Shown in pieces: positions 1-10,115 of a stretch of DNA of 64,000 bases. The DNA is from Gammaproteobacteria bacterium (lineage in GTDB: Bacteria > Pseudomonadota > Gammaproteobacteria > Eutrophobiales > Eutrophobiaceae). Within the stretch, counting starts at the first letter, position 1; every line of letters begins with the position of its first letter. The translations under genes and the position numbers were made by a program. Location: contig OZ250183.1 of assembly GCA_965238225.1 (NCBI GenBank), forward strand, positions 800,001-864,000, read 5' to 3'. Under the pieces are notes generated by a model. It did no database searches, had not been told where the DNA came from, and worked only from the letters and a program-made list of their open reading frames with translations.

Positions 1-1644
1 TATAATCGTTATAGTTTCTGTCGTGTTATCAGAGCCACTTACTTGTAATAGAAGATTATTACCTACGCGAGTTGCTTGAATGTCTGTGGTAGCAATACCT
101 TGTCCAAGTTGCAAGGTATCTGTGCTTACGCCTGTATCGTAATTATGAATGGTTGTATCACCGTCACCTCGAGAAAATAGATAAATATCGTTACCGTTAC
201 CGCCATACAAGGTATCCGTACCAGAGCCACCGCTTAGTACATCATCGCCGTTTTGTCCGTACAGGGTATCGTCACCCGCACCGCCGTTTAAGTAATCGTC
301 ACCGTTACCTCCATTTAATGTATCGTTATCGTTACCGCCGTATAGCTTATCGTTGCCAGCATAACCTTCCAGTAGATCATTACCACTACCACCATTGAGA
401 GTGTCATCGTTCTCAGAACCTCCTAACGAGGTTGTTGGCAATGTCCATACAGTACCATCAGCAAACTCAACTTGGTCTAATAGGTAAGAATCATTTAGGA
501 AGTGATTATAAATCCTTATAGTTTCTGTTGTGTTATCAGAGCCATTTACTTGCAATAGAAGATGCTTATCTATACGAGTTACTCGAACATCTGTGGTAGC
601 AATACCTTGTCCAAATTGCAAGGTATCTGCGCTGTTGTCTGTATCATAATTATAAATGCTTGTATCACCGTCACCTTTGGAAAACAGATAAGTATCGTCA
701 CCATTATCTCCAACTAAGACATCCGTACCTGCACCGCCGCTTAATGTATCGTCACCAGCACCTCCAACCAAGGTATCATTATCGTTACCTCCGTATAGGG
801 TATCCGTACCAGAACCACCGCTTAGTACATCATCGCCGTTTTGTCCGTACAGGGTATCGTCACCGTCACCACCGTACAGGGTATCGTCACCGTCACCACC
901 GTATAGGGCATCGTTATGGTCACCGCCGTATAGGGTATCTGTACCGTTTTGTCCGTACAGGGTATCGTAACCTGTACCACCACTTAGTACATCATCGCCG
1001 TTTTGTCCGTACAGGGTATCGTCACCGTCACCACCGTATAGGGCATCGTTATGGTCACCGCCGTATAGGGTATCTGTACCGTTTTGTCCGTACAGGGTAT
1101 CGTAACCTGTACCACCACTTAGTACATCATCGCCGTTTTGTCCGTATAGGGTATCGTCACCGTTATCGCCGTTTAAGGTATCGTTACCGTCACCACCGTC
1201 TAAGATATCGTTATGGTCACCGCCGTATAGTGTATCTGTACCGTTTTGTCCGTACAGGGTATCGTCACCTGTACCACCACTTAGTACATCATCGCCGTTT
1301 TGTCCATATAAGTAATCGGTATCGGCACCTCCGTACAAATAATCGTCACCGTCACCACCGTCTAAGGTATCGTTATGGTCACCGCCGTATAGGGTATCAT
1401 CGCCGTTTTGTCCATACAGGGTATCGTCACCGTTATCGCCGTTTAAGAAATCGTCACCGGCACCTCCGCTCAAGGTATCGTTACCGGCACCCCCGTATAG
1501 AAAATCATCACCGTTTTGTCCATACAAGTAATCGTTACCGGCATTTCCATACAGGGTATCGTTACCAGCACCTCCATTCAGGGTATCGTCGCCATCATTT
1601 CCTTCTAATCGATCATCCCCACTATCACCATTAACATTAGCCAT
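1..1644 (-). CDS. RTX calcium-binding repeat protein, paralog C (3'-partial, runs off the left edge)
   Basis: Absent from the ORF track because there is no stop in the window. ATG at 1644 with AGGA upstream. Reads [20 protein letters not shown]..., then GGxGxDxLx nonamers and LLLQV(S/N)GSDNTTETI spacer domains, still in frame at base 1. Confidence 0.9.
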   Translation of the reverse strand, partial: MANVNGDSGDDRLEGNDGDDTLNGGAGNDTLYGNAGNDYLYGQNGDDFLYGGAGNDTLSGGAGDDFLNGDNGDDTLYGQNGDDTLYGGDHNDTLDGGDGDDYLYGGADTDYLYGQNGDDVLSGGTGDDTLYGQNGTDTLYGGDHNDILDGGDGNDTLNGDNGDDTLYGQNGDDVLSGGTGYDTLYGQNGTDTLYGGDHNDALYGGDGDDTLYGQNGDDVLSGGTGYDTLYGQNGTDTLYGGDHNDALYGGDGDDTLYGGDGDDTLYGQNGDDVLSGGSGTDTLYGGNDNDTLVGGAGDDTLSGGAGTDVLVGDNGDDTYLFSKGDGDTSIYNYDTDNSADTLQFGQGIATTDVRVTRIDKHLLLQVNGSDNTTETIRIYNHFLNDSYLLDQVEFADGTVWTLPTTSLGGSENDDTLNGGSGNDLLEGYAGNDKLYGGNDNDTLNGGNGDDYLNGGAGDDTLYGQNGDDVLSGGSGTDTLYGGNGNDIYLFSRGDGDTTIHNYDTGVSTDTLQLGQGIATTDIQATRVGNNLLLQVSGSDNTTETITII

Positions 1645-2330
1645 AATAATATTCCTGTTATTTATACGTTTTATAAAAGGTTGGTTATTTGTAAGTTTAA
1701 TCTTTTTTAAATCTTCTTAATGTTACGGTACAACAATAGTGCTATACAGCGTTCAATCATTAGCCGATATCTTGTTTGCATTTTTGTTGTCAAAAAGGTA
1801 TTTAAAGATAAATCCTGTCAATGTTTTGCGTATTTATCTGTGTTTAAGGCTATATCCTTTAATGTACAACTTTTGCTATCACTAAATTGTGATACCCAAA
1901 GAAGATACCCTAAAAAAACGTTATACGAAAGTGGCAAATACATTAAATGTTGATTTAGCTTTAGATACATAACATGCCTTATACAGGCATTACACTCCCT
2001 AACATTGGGGGTATGGTCAAAGATTGGTGAAAAAGTTCCACACCAGTTTGATTTAGATTATGTTAAATCTAATTTATAAGGCGAAAGCTATATTTTATCG
2101 GTACTGTGTGAGGGTATTATGTTAAGTATTTTTGACCACAGACGGTCTGGTTTCGCAGCGCAGGGTGGGCGAGAACGACTGTGACCAAGTTTACGGATGA
2201 CCTTTAGGTGTATTTAAGTCTGTAAAATAGGAAACATATATGAAAAATCTCATTGAATAAAGACGGTGTTGATTTTTAGTTAAAGTTTAAGATAAACCCT
2301 TATATTCACAAGGTTTACTATTCCACGATA

Positions 2331-2390
2331 CAATAGATAGGATTTAAATAGATAGGATGTAAATAGATAGGATTTAAATAGATAGGATTT
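2331..2390. repeat. 15-bp tandem repeat AAATAGATAGGATTT x4
   Basis: Directly visible; one unit has the GATGT variant. Confidence 0.95.
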
Positions 2391-2436
2391 AAATTAAAGA
2401 CAGGACTAAATGTAGAATTAGAGGTTAATAAATAAT

Positions 2437-2464
2437 ATAAAGGGATCTATGTAGATCCCTTTAT
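2437..2464 (-). terminator. Probable intrinsic terminator of RTX paralog B
   Basis: ATAAAGGGATCT-ATGT-AGATCCCTTTAT, a perfect 12-bp stem 57 nt after the stop, with T-rich tail. Confidence 0.8.
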
Positions 2465-2521
2465 TGTTATTGTCTTAAACTTAAACCTTTTATTTCACTT
2501 AAATCTGCTGTGATTAAGCTA

Positions 2522-5500
2522 TTAGGCAGTTTGCCATGTTTCAGTCAATACTGTTTCCAAGCTATCAGCAACATCTTGTGCTATGACATTACCTGCACCA
2601 AGTGGTACATCATAAGCTGCCATGGCATTGACTAATTTGTAGACATCATCTCGTAGTAACTCTGATGAATCAGTTGTGATGCTGTCCAGCTTGTAGTCAT
2701 TAATCTCCTCTTGTCTGGGGAAGAACCATAAAAAGGTTGGTACAGTTTTCGTTTCATACCAGCCAGCCACCTGTACTTGATCATTGGTTCCAGCGACGGT
2801 GATTAGTAAGTCTTTATCACTACGACTAAACCACAAGTCTTCTACTGATACATTGTCAAATTGTAATATATCATTACTCGTTGAGTAGTCCGTATCATAA
2901 TTATTAATGCCTACATTATAATCCCCTCGGGAGAATAAGTAAGTATCACTGCCGTTACCTCCGCGCAGGTAATCCTGTCCTGTACCACCACTTAAGATAT
3001 CATTACCGTCCTCTCCAAACAAGGCATCGTCACCATTGCTTCCATGCAAGATGTCGTTACCAGCACCTCCGCGCAAATAATCGTCACCATTATCGCCATA
3101 TAAGTAATCATTACCGTTGTCGCCGCTTAAGTGATCGTTACCGTTAAATCCGTATAGGGTATCTGTGCCGTTACCGCCATTTAAGTTATCGTTACCGTTA
3201 ACTCCGTATAGGGTATCGTTACCGTCACCGCCATTTAAGTAATCGTTACCGTTACCGCCATTTAAGTAATCGTTACCGTCACCGCCGTACAGAGTATCGT
3301 TATTGTTTTGTCCATACAGGGTATCATTGCCGTTTTGTCCATACAGGGTATCTGTACCGTTTTGTCCGTACAGGGTATCGTCACCTGCATCACCACTTAG
3401 TACATCATTGCCGTTTTGTCCATACAGCTTATCGTCACCGTCATCACCGTACAGGGTGTCGTTATCGTTACCACCGTATAGGGTATCTGTGCCACTACCG
3501 CCACTTAAGGTATCGTTGCCAGTCCAGCCGCCTAAGATATCGTTACCCGCACCGCCTTCAAGCACATCATTGCCGTTTTGTCCATACAGCTTATCGTCAC
3601 CGTCATCACCGTACAGGGTGTCGTTATGGTCACCGCCGTACAGGGTATCTGTGCCGTTTTGTCCGTACAGGGTATCGTAACCTGTACCACCACTTAGCAC
3701 ATCATTGCCGTTTTGTCCATACAGGGTATCGTCACCGTTATCGCCGTTTAAGTTATCGTTACCGTTACCACCGTCTAAGATATCGTTATGGTTACCGCCG
3801 TATAGGGTATCTGTGCCGTTTTGTCCATACAGGGTATCGTAACCTGCATCACCACTTAGTACATCATCACCGTTTTGTCCATACAGGGTATCGTCACCGT
3901 TATCGCCGTTTAAGTTATCGTTACCGTTACCACCGTCTAAGATATCGTTATGGTTACCGCCGTATAGGGTATCTGTGCCGTTTTGTCCATACAGGGTATC
4001 GTAACCTGCATCACCACTTAGTACATCATCACCGTTTTGTCCGTACAGGGTATCGTCACCGTTATCGCCGTTTAAGTTATCGTTATCGTTACCACCGTCT
4101 AAGATATCGTTATCGTTACCGCCGTATAGTACATCATCGCCGTTTTGTCCATACAGGGTATCGTCACCGTCATCACCGTTTAAGTTATCGTTATCGTTAC
4201 CACCGTCTAAGATATCGTTATCGTTACCGCCGTACAGGGTATCTGTGCCGTTTTGTCCGTACAGGGTATCGTCACCTGCATCACCACTTAGTACATCATC
4301 ACCGTTTTGTCCGTACAGGGTATCTGTGCCGTTTTGTCCATACAAGGTATCGTCACCACCAAGACCTTCTAATCGATCATTACCATTGCCACCATTGATA
4401 GTGTTATCGTTCTCGTCGCCTATAAATAATAAGGCAGCATCTATCTGTGTTGCTGTCCATACAGTACCATCAGCAAACTCAATTTGGTCTAATTGGTTAT
4501 CATTATTTAGGAAGTGATTTAGAATCGTTATGGTTTCTGTTGTGTTATTAGCACCACTTACTTGTAATAGTAGATTATTATCTACACGAGTTGTTTGAAT
4601 ATCTGTGGTAGCAATACCTTGTCCAAGTTGTAAGGTATCTGTGCTGTTGCTTGTATCAAGATTATAAATGGTTGTATTACCGTCACCTAGAGAAAATAGA
4701 TAAGTATCGTTACCGCTACCGCCACTTAAGGTGTCTGTACCTGTACCGCCGTACAAGGTATCGTTACCCTTACCGCCAGCCAAGGTATCGTTACCGGCAT
4801 TTCCAAACAAAGTATCGTTACCGTCACCACCATTGAGGGTGTTGTCCGTATCGTCGCCTATCAGTAATCTAGTACCATCAGCAAACTCAATTTGGTCTAA
4901 TCGGTAAGAATTACCTAGGAAGTGATCTTGAATCGTTATGGTTTCTGTTGTGTTATCAGCACCACTTACTTGTAATAGAAGATGATTCTTTACACGAGTT
5001 GTTTGAACATCCGTGGTAGCAATACCTTGTCCAAATTTCAAGGTATCTGTGCTTACGCTTGTATCAAGGTTATAAATGGTTGTATCACCGTCACCTTTAG
5101 AAAACAGATAAGTATCGTTACCGAAACCTCCATTCAAGTTATCGCTACCGGTATTTCCATTTAAGATATCTGCGCCTGTACCGCCAATTAAGATATCGCT
5201 ACCGTCACCGCCATTCAAGTAATCGTTACCCTTACCTCCAATTAAGATATCGTTACCGTCACCGCCGTCTAAGATATCGTTATGGTCACCGCCGTATAGT
5301 ATATCTCTACCGTTTTGTCCGTACAGGGTATCGTCACCTGCATCACCACTTAGTACATCATCGCCATTTTGTCCATACAGGGTATCGTCACCGTTATCGC
5401 CGTTTAAGTTATCGTTACCGTTACCACCGTCTAAGATATCGTTATGGTTACCGCCGTATAGGGTATCTGTGCCGTTTTGTCCATACAGGGTATCGTCACC

Positions 5501-8500
5501 TGCATCACCACTTAGTACATCATCGCCGTTTTGTCCGTACAGGGTATCGTCACCGTTATCGCCGTTTAAGTTATCGTTATCGTTACCACCGTCTAAGATA
5601 TCGTTATGGTCACCGCCGTACAGGGTATCTGTGCCGTTTTGTCCGTACAGGGTATCGTCACCTGCATCACCACTTAGTACATCATCGCCGTTTTGTCCGT
5701 ACAGGGTATCGTCACCTGCATCACCACTTAGTACATCATCACCGTTTTGTCCGTACAGGGTATCGTCACCGTTATCGCCGTTTAAGTTATCGTTATCGTT
5801 ACCACCGTCTAAGATATCGTTACCGTCACCGCCGTATAGGGTATCTGTACCGTTTTGTCCGTACAGGGTATCGTCACCTGCACCACCACTTAGTACATCA
5901 TCGCCGTTTTGTCCGTACAGGGTATCGTCACCGTTATCGCCGTTTAAGTTATCGTTATATCGTTATCGTTACCACCGTCTAAGATATCGTTATCGTCACC
6001 GCCGTATAGGGTATCGTCACCCTTACCGCCAGCCAAGGTATCGTTACCGGCATTTCCAGACAAAGTATCGTTACCATCGCCACCATTGAGAGTGTTGTCC
6101 GTATCGTCGCCTATCAGTAATCTAGCACCATCAGCAAACTCAATTTGGTCTAATCGGTAAGAATTACCTAGGAAGTGATCTTGAATCGTTAAGGTTTCTG
6201 TTGTGTTATTAGCACCACTTACTTGTAATAGAAGATTATTATCTACACGAGTTGTTTGAACATCTGTGGTAGCAATGCCTTGTCCAAGTTGCAAGGTATC
6301 TGTGCTTACGCTTGTGTCAAGGTTATAAATAGTTGTATCACCGTCACCTTTAGAAAACAGATAAGTATCGTTACCCGCACCTCCATTCAGGTAATCTCCA
6401 TAACCGCTACCTCCATCCAAGGTATCGTTACCGGCACCTCCGTACAGGGTATCCGTACCAGAACCACCACTTAGTACGTCATCGCCGTTTTGTCCGTACA
6501 GGGTATCGTCACCGTTATCGCCGTTTAAGTTATCGTTACCGTCACCACCGTCTAAGATATCGTTATCGTTACCGCCGTATAGGGTATCTGTGCCGTTTTG
6601 TCCGTACAGGGTATCGTCACCTGCATCACCACTTAGTACATCATCGCCATTTTGTCCGTACAGGGTATCGTCACCGTTATCGCCGTTTAAGTTATCGTTA
6701 TCGTTACCACCGTCTAAGATATCGTTATGGTTACCGCCGTATAGTACATCATCGCCATTTTGTCCGTACAGGGTATCGTCACCGTTATCGCCGTACAGGG
6801 TATCGTTACCCTTACCGCCAGCCAAGGTATCGTCACCGGCATTTCCAGACAAAGTATCGTTACCGTCACCACCATTGAGAGTGTTGTCCGTATCGTCGCC
6901 TACAAATAATAAGGTAGCATCTATCTGTGTCGCTGTCCATACAGTACCATCAGCAAACTCAACTTGGTCTAATAGGTAATCATCACTTAGGAAGTGATTT
7001 AGAATCGTTATGGTTTCTGTTGTGTTATTAGGGCTGTTTACTTGTAATAGAAGATTATTATCTGCGCGAGTTGTTCGAACATCCGTGGTAGCAATACCTT
7101 GTCCAAGTTGTAAGGTATCTGTGCTGTTGCTTGTATCAAGATTATAAATGGTTGTATTACCGTCACCTAGAGAAAACAGATAAGTATCATTACCGCTACC
7201 TCCAATTAAGATATCGTTACCGTCACCGCCATTCAAGTAATCGTTACCCTTACCTCCAACTAAGATATCGTTACCGTCACCGCCGTACAGGGTATCTGTG
7301 CCGTTTTGTCCATACAAGGTATCGTCACCACCAAGACCTTCTAATCGATCATTACCATTGCCACCATTGATAGTGTTATCGTTCTCGTCGCCTATAAATA
7401 ATAAGGCAGCATCTATCTGTGTTGCTGTCCATACAGTACCATCAGCAAACTCAATTTGGTCTAATTGGTTATCATTATTTAGGAAGTGATTTAGAATCGT
7501 TATGGTTTCTGTTGTGTTATTAGCACCACTTACTTGTAATAGTAGATTATTATCTACACGAGTTGTTTGAATATCTGTGGTAGCAATACCTTGTCCAAGT
7601 TGTAAGGTATCTGTGCTGTTGCTTGTATCAAGATTATAAATGGTTGTATTACCGTCACCTAGAGAAAATAGATAAGTATCGTTACCGCTACCGCCACTTA
7701 AGGTGTCTGTACCTGTACCGCCGTACAAGGTATCGTTACCCTTACCGCCAGCCAAGGTATCGTTACCGGCATTTCCAAACAAAGTATCGTTACCGTCACC
7801 ACCATTGAGGGTGTTGTCCGTATCGTCGCCTATCAGTAATCTAGTACCATCAGCAAACTCAATTTGGTCTAATCGGTAAGAATTACCTAGGAAGTGATCT
7901 TGAATCGTTATGGTTTCTGTTGTGTTATCAGCACCACTTACTTGTAATAGAAGATGATTCTTTACACGAGTTGTTTGAACATCCGTGGTAGCAATACCTT
8001 GTCCAAATTTCAAGGTATCTGTGCTTACGCTTGTATCAAGGTTATAAATGGTTGTATCACCGTCACCTTTAGAAAACAGATAAGTATCGTTACCGAAACC
8101 TCCATTCAAGTTATCGCTACCGGTATTTCCATTTAAGATATCTGCGCCTGTACCGCCAATTAAGATATCGCTACCGTCACCGCCATTCAAGTAATCGTTA
8201 CCCTTACCTCCAATTAAGATATCGTTACCGTCACCGCCGTACAGGGTATCTGTGCCGTTTTGTCCATACAAGATATCGTCACCACCAAGACCTTCTAATC
8301 GATCATTACCATTGCCACCATTGAGAGTATTTCTATTCTCATCGCCTACAAATAATAAGGCAGCGTCTATCTGTGTTGTTGTCCATACAGTGCCATCAGC
8401 AAACTTAACTTGGTCTAATTGGTAAGCATTGTTTAGGAAGTGATTTTGAATCGTTATAGTTTCTGTTGTGTTATCAGCACCACTTACTTGTAGTAGAAGA

Positions 8501-9180
8501 TTATTATCTACACGAGTTGTTTGAACATCTGTGGTAGCAATGCCTTGTCCAAGTTGCAAGGTATCTGTGCTATTGCTTGTATCAAGGTTATGAATGCTTG
8601 TATTGCCATCACCTTTGGAAAACAGATAAGTATCGTTACCCGCACCTCCATTCAGGTAATCTCCATAACCGCTACCTCCATCCAAGGTATCGTTACCGTT
8701 ACCTCCGTATAGGGTATCGTCACCGTTATCGCCGTTTAAGGTATCGTCACCGTCACCACCGTATAGGGCATCGTTATGGTCACCGCCGTATAGGGTATCT
8801 GTACCGTTTTGTCCGTACAGGGTATCGTCACCTGCATCACCACTTAGTACATCATCACCGTTTTGTCCGTACAGGGTATCGTCACCGTTATCGCCGTTTA
8901 AGTTATCGTTATCGTTACCACCGTCTAAGATATCGTTACCAGCACCTCCATTCAGGGTATCGTTATCGTCCCCGCCATTTAAGGTATCGTTACCGGCATC
9001 TCCATACAGCTTATCGTCACCGTCACCGCCAGACAAGGTATCGGCACCGTCATTTCCAACCAAGGTATCGTTACCAGCACCTCCATTCAGGGTATCATTA
9101 CCCCCACGACCTTCTAATTGATCATCATCACCACCACCAATGATGGAGTTATCGTTATCATCACCTATGTAAGTAGCCAT
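2522..9180 (-). pseudogene. RTX calcium-binding repeat protein, paralog B; one ~2216-aa gene interrupted by a frameshift at ~5951-5966
   Basis: ORF 5944-9180 and the frame of ORF 2522-5218 (open up to ~5962) join if the duplicated ATCGTTAT is removed. The C-terminus (LWFSRSDKDLLI...KLVNAMAAY...ETWQTA) resembles the CyaA-type T1SS secretion region. Confidence 0.85.
4311..5268. repeat. ~950-bp near-perfect internal duplication in paralog B; other copy ~7283-8240 (offset 2972)
   Basis: Identical shadow ORFs 4651/7623 and 4982/7954 share offset 2972, and the protein block is repeated verbatim. Confidence 0.9.
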
Positions 9181-9807
9181 AAATCAATTCTCCAGTATTA
9201 CACGTTAATAATAAATTACTTTTCAAGCCCAATATTCTTTAAGCACTGCTTTTTCTTAAACCTCAAACTTTCCCTTAAACCTTCCCTACCGTCGTACATG
9301 CAAGCATTCAATGGTTAGTCGATATGGTTAGTCGATATGATTAGCCGATATCTTGTTTGCATCTTTGTTGTCAAAAAGGTATTTAAAGATAAATCCTGTC
9401 AATGTTTTGCGTATTTATCTGTGTTTAAGGCTATATCCTTTAATGTACAACTTTTGCTATCACTAAATTGTGATACCCAAAGAAGATACCCTAAAAAAAC
9501 GTTATACGAAAGTGGCAAATACATTAAATGTTGATTTAGCTTTAGATACATAACATGCCTTATACAGGCATTACGCTCCCTAACATTGGGGTATGACCAA
9601 AGATTGGTGAAAACGTTCCACACCAGTTTGATTTAGATTATGTTAAATCTAATTTATAAGGCGAAAGCTATATTTTATCGGTATTGTGTGAGGGTATTAT
9701 GTTAAGTATTTTTGACCACAGACGGTCTGGTTTCGCAGCACAGGGGGGGCGAGAACGACTGTGACCAAGTTTACGGATGACCTTTAGGTGTATTTAAGTC
9801 TGTAAAA
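9150..9807. repeat. RTX start plus upstream block, near-identical to ~14145-14800
   Basis: Same RBS context (TAATACTGGAGAATT) and upstream sequence through AAGTCTGTAAA. Confidence 0.9.
9311..9349. repeat. 13-bp tandem repeat ATGGTTAGTCGAT x3 (also 14304-14342)
   Basis: Two exact units plus ATGATTAGCCGAT; a single unit at ~1757-1769. Confidence 0.9.
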
Positions 9808-9910
9808 TAGGAAACATATATGAAAAATCTCATTGAATAAAGACGGTGTTGATTTTTAGTTAAAGTTTAAGATAAACCCTTGTATTCACAAGGTTTACTA
9901 TTCCACGATA

Positions 9911-9985
9911 CAATAGATAGGATTTAAATAGATAGGATTTAAATAGATAGGATTTAAATAGATAGGATTTAAATAGATAGGATTT
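9911..9985. repeat. 15-bp tandem repeat AAATAGATAGGATTT x5
   Basis: Directly visible. Confidence 0.95.
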
Positions 9986-10031
9986 AAATTAAAGACAGGA
10001 CTAAATGTAGAATTAGAGGTTAATAAATAAT

Positions 10032-10059
10032 ATAAAGGGATCTGCATAGATCCCTTTAT
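10032..10059 (-). terminator. Probable intrinsic terminator of RTX paralog A
   Basis: ATAAAGGGATCT-GCAT-AGATCCCTTTAT. Confidence 0.8.
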
Positions 10060-10115
10060 TGTTATTGTCTTAACTTAAACCTTTTATTTCACTTAAATCT
10101 GCTGTGATTAAGCTA

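Larger units (their letters stand above)
1759..2910. repeat. ~1.15-kb direct repeat (intergenic block plus RTX 3' end), copy 1; copy 2 at ~9340-10505
   Basis: Near-identical sequence by eye. Both copies give the same spurious peptide ISRYLVCIFVVKKVF..., and the RTX C-termini are near-identical. Confidence 0.9.

Noticed and set aside
1720-1953. Repeated small ORFs in the RTX intergenic blocks (also 9337, 9399, 14330, 14433)
   Set aside because: They recur only because the DNA is duplicated; starts and ends differ between copies through indels, and no RBS is evident.
2134-2203. c-di-GMP-I riboswitch upstream of the RTX genes
   Set aside because: Lacks the GGCAAA / GNRA / GACGCAAAGC consensus on either strand; kept only as an unknown hairpin.
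2331-2390. Possible CRISPR array
   Set aside because: Head-to-tail 15-mers with no spacers, and no cas genes in the window.
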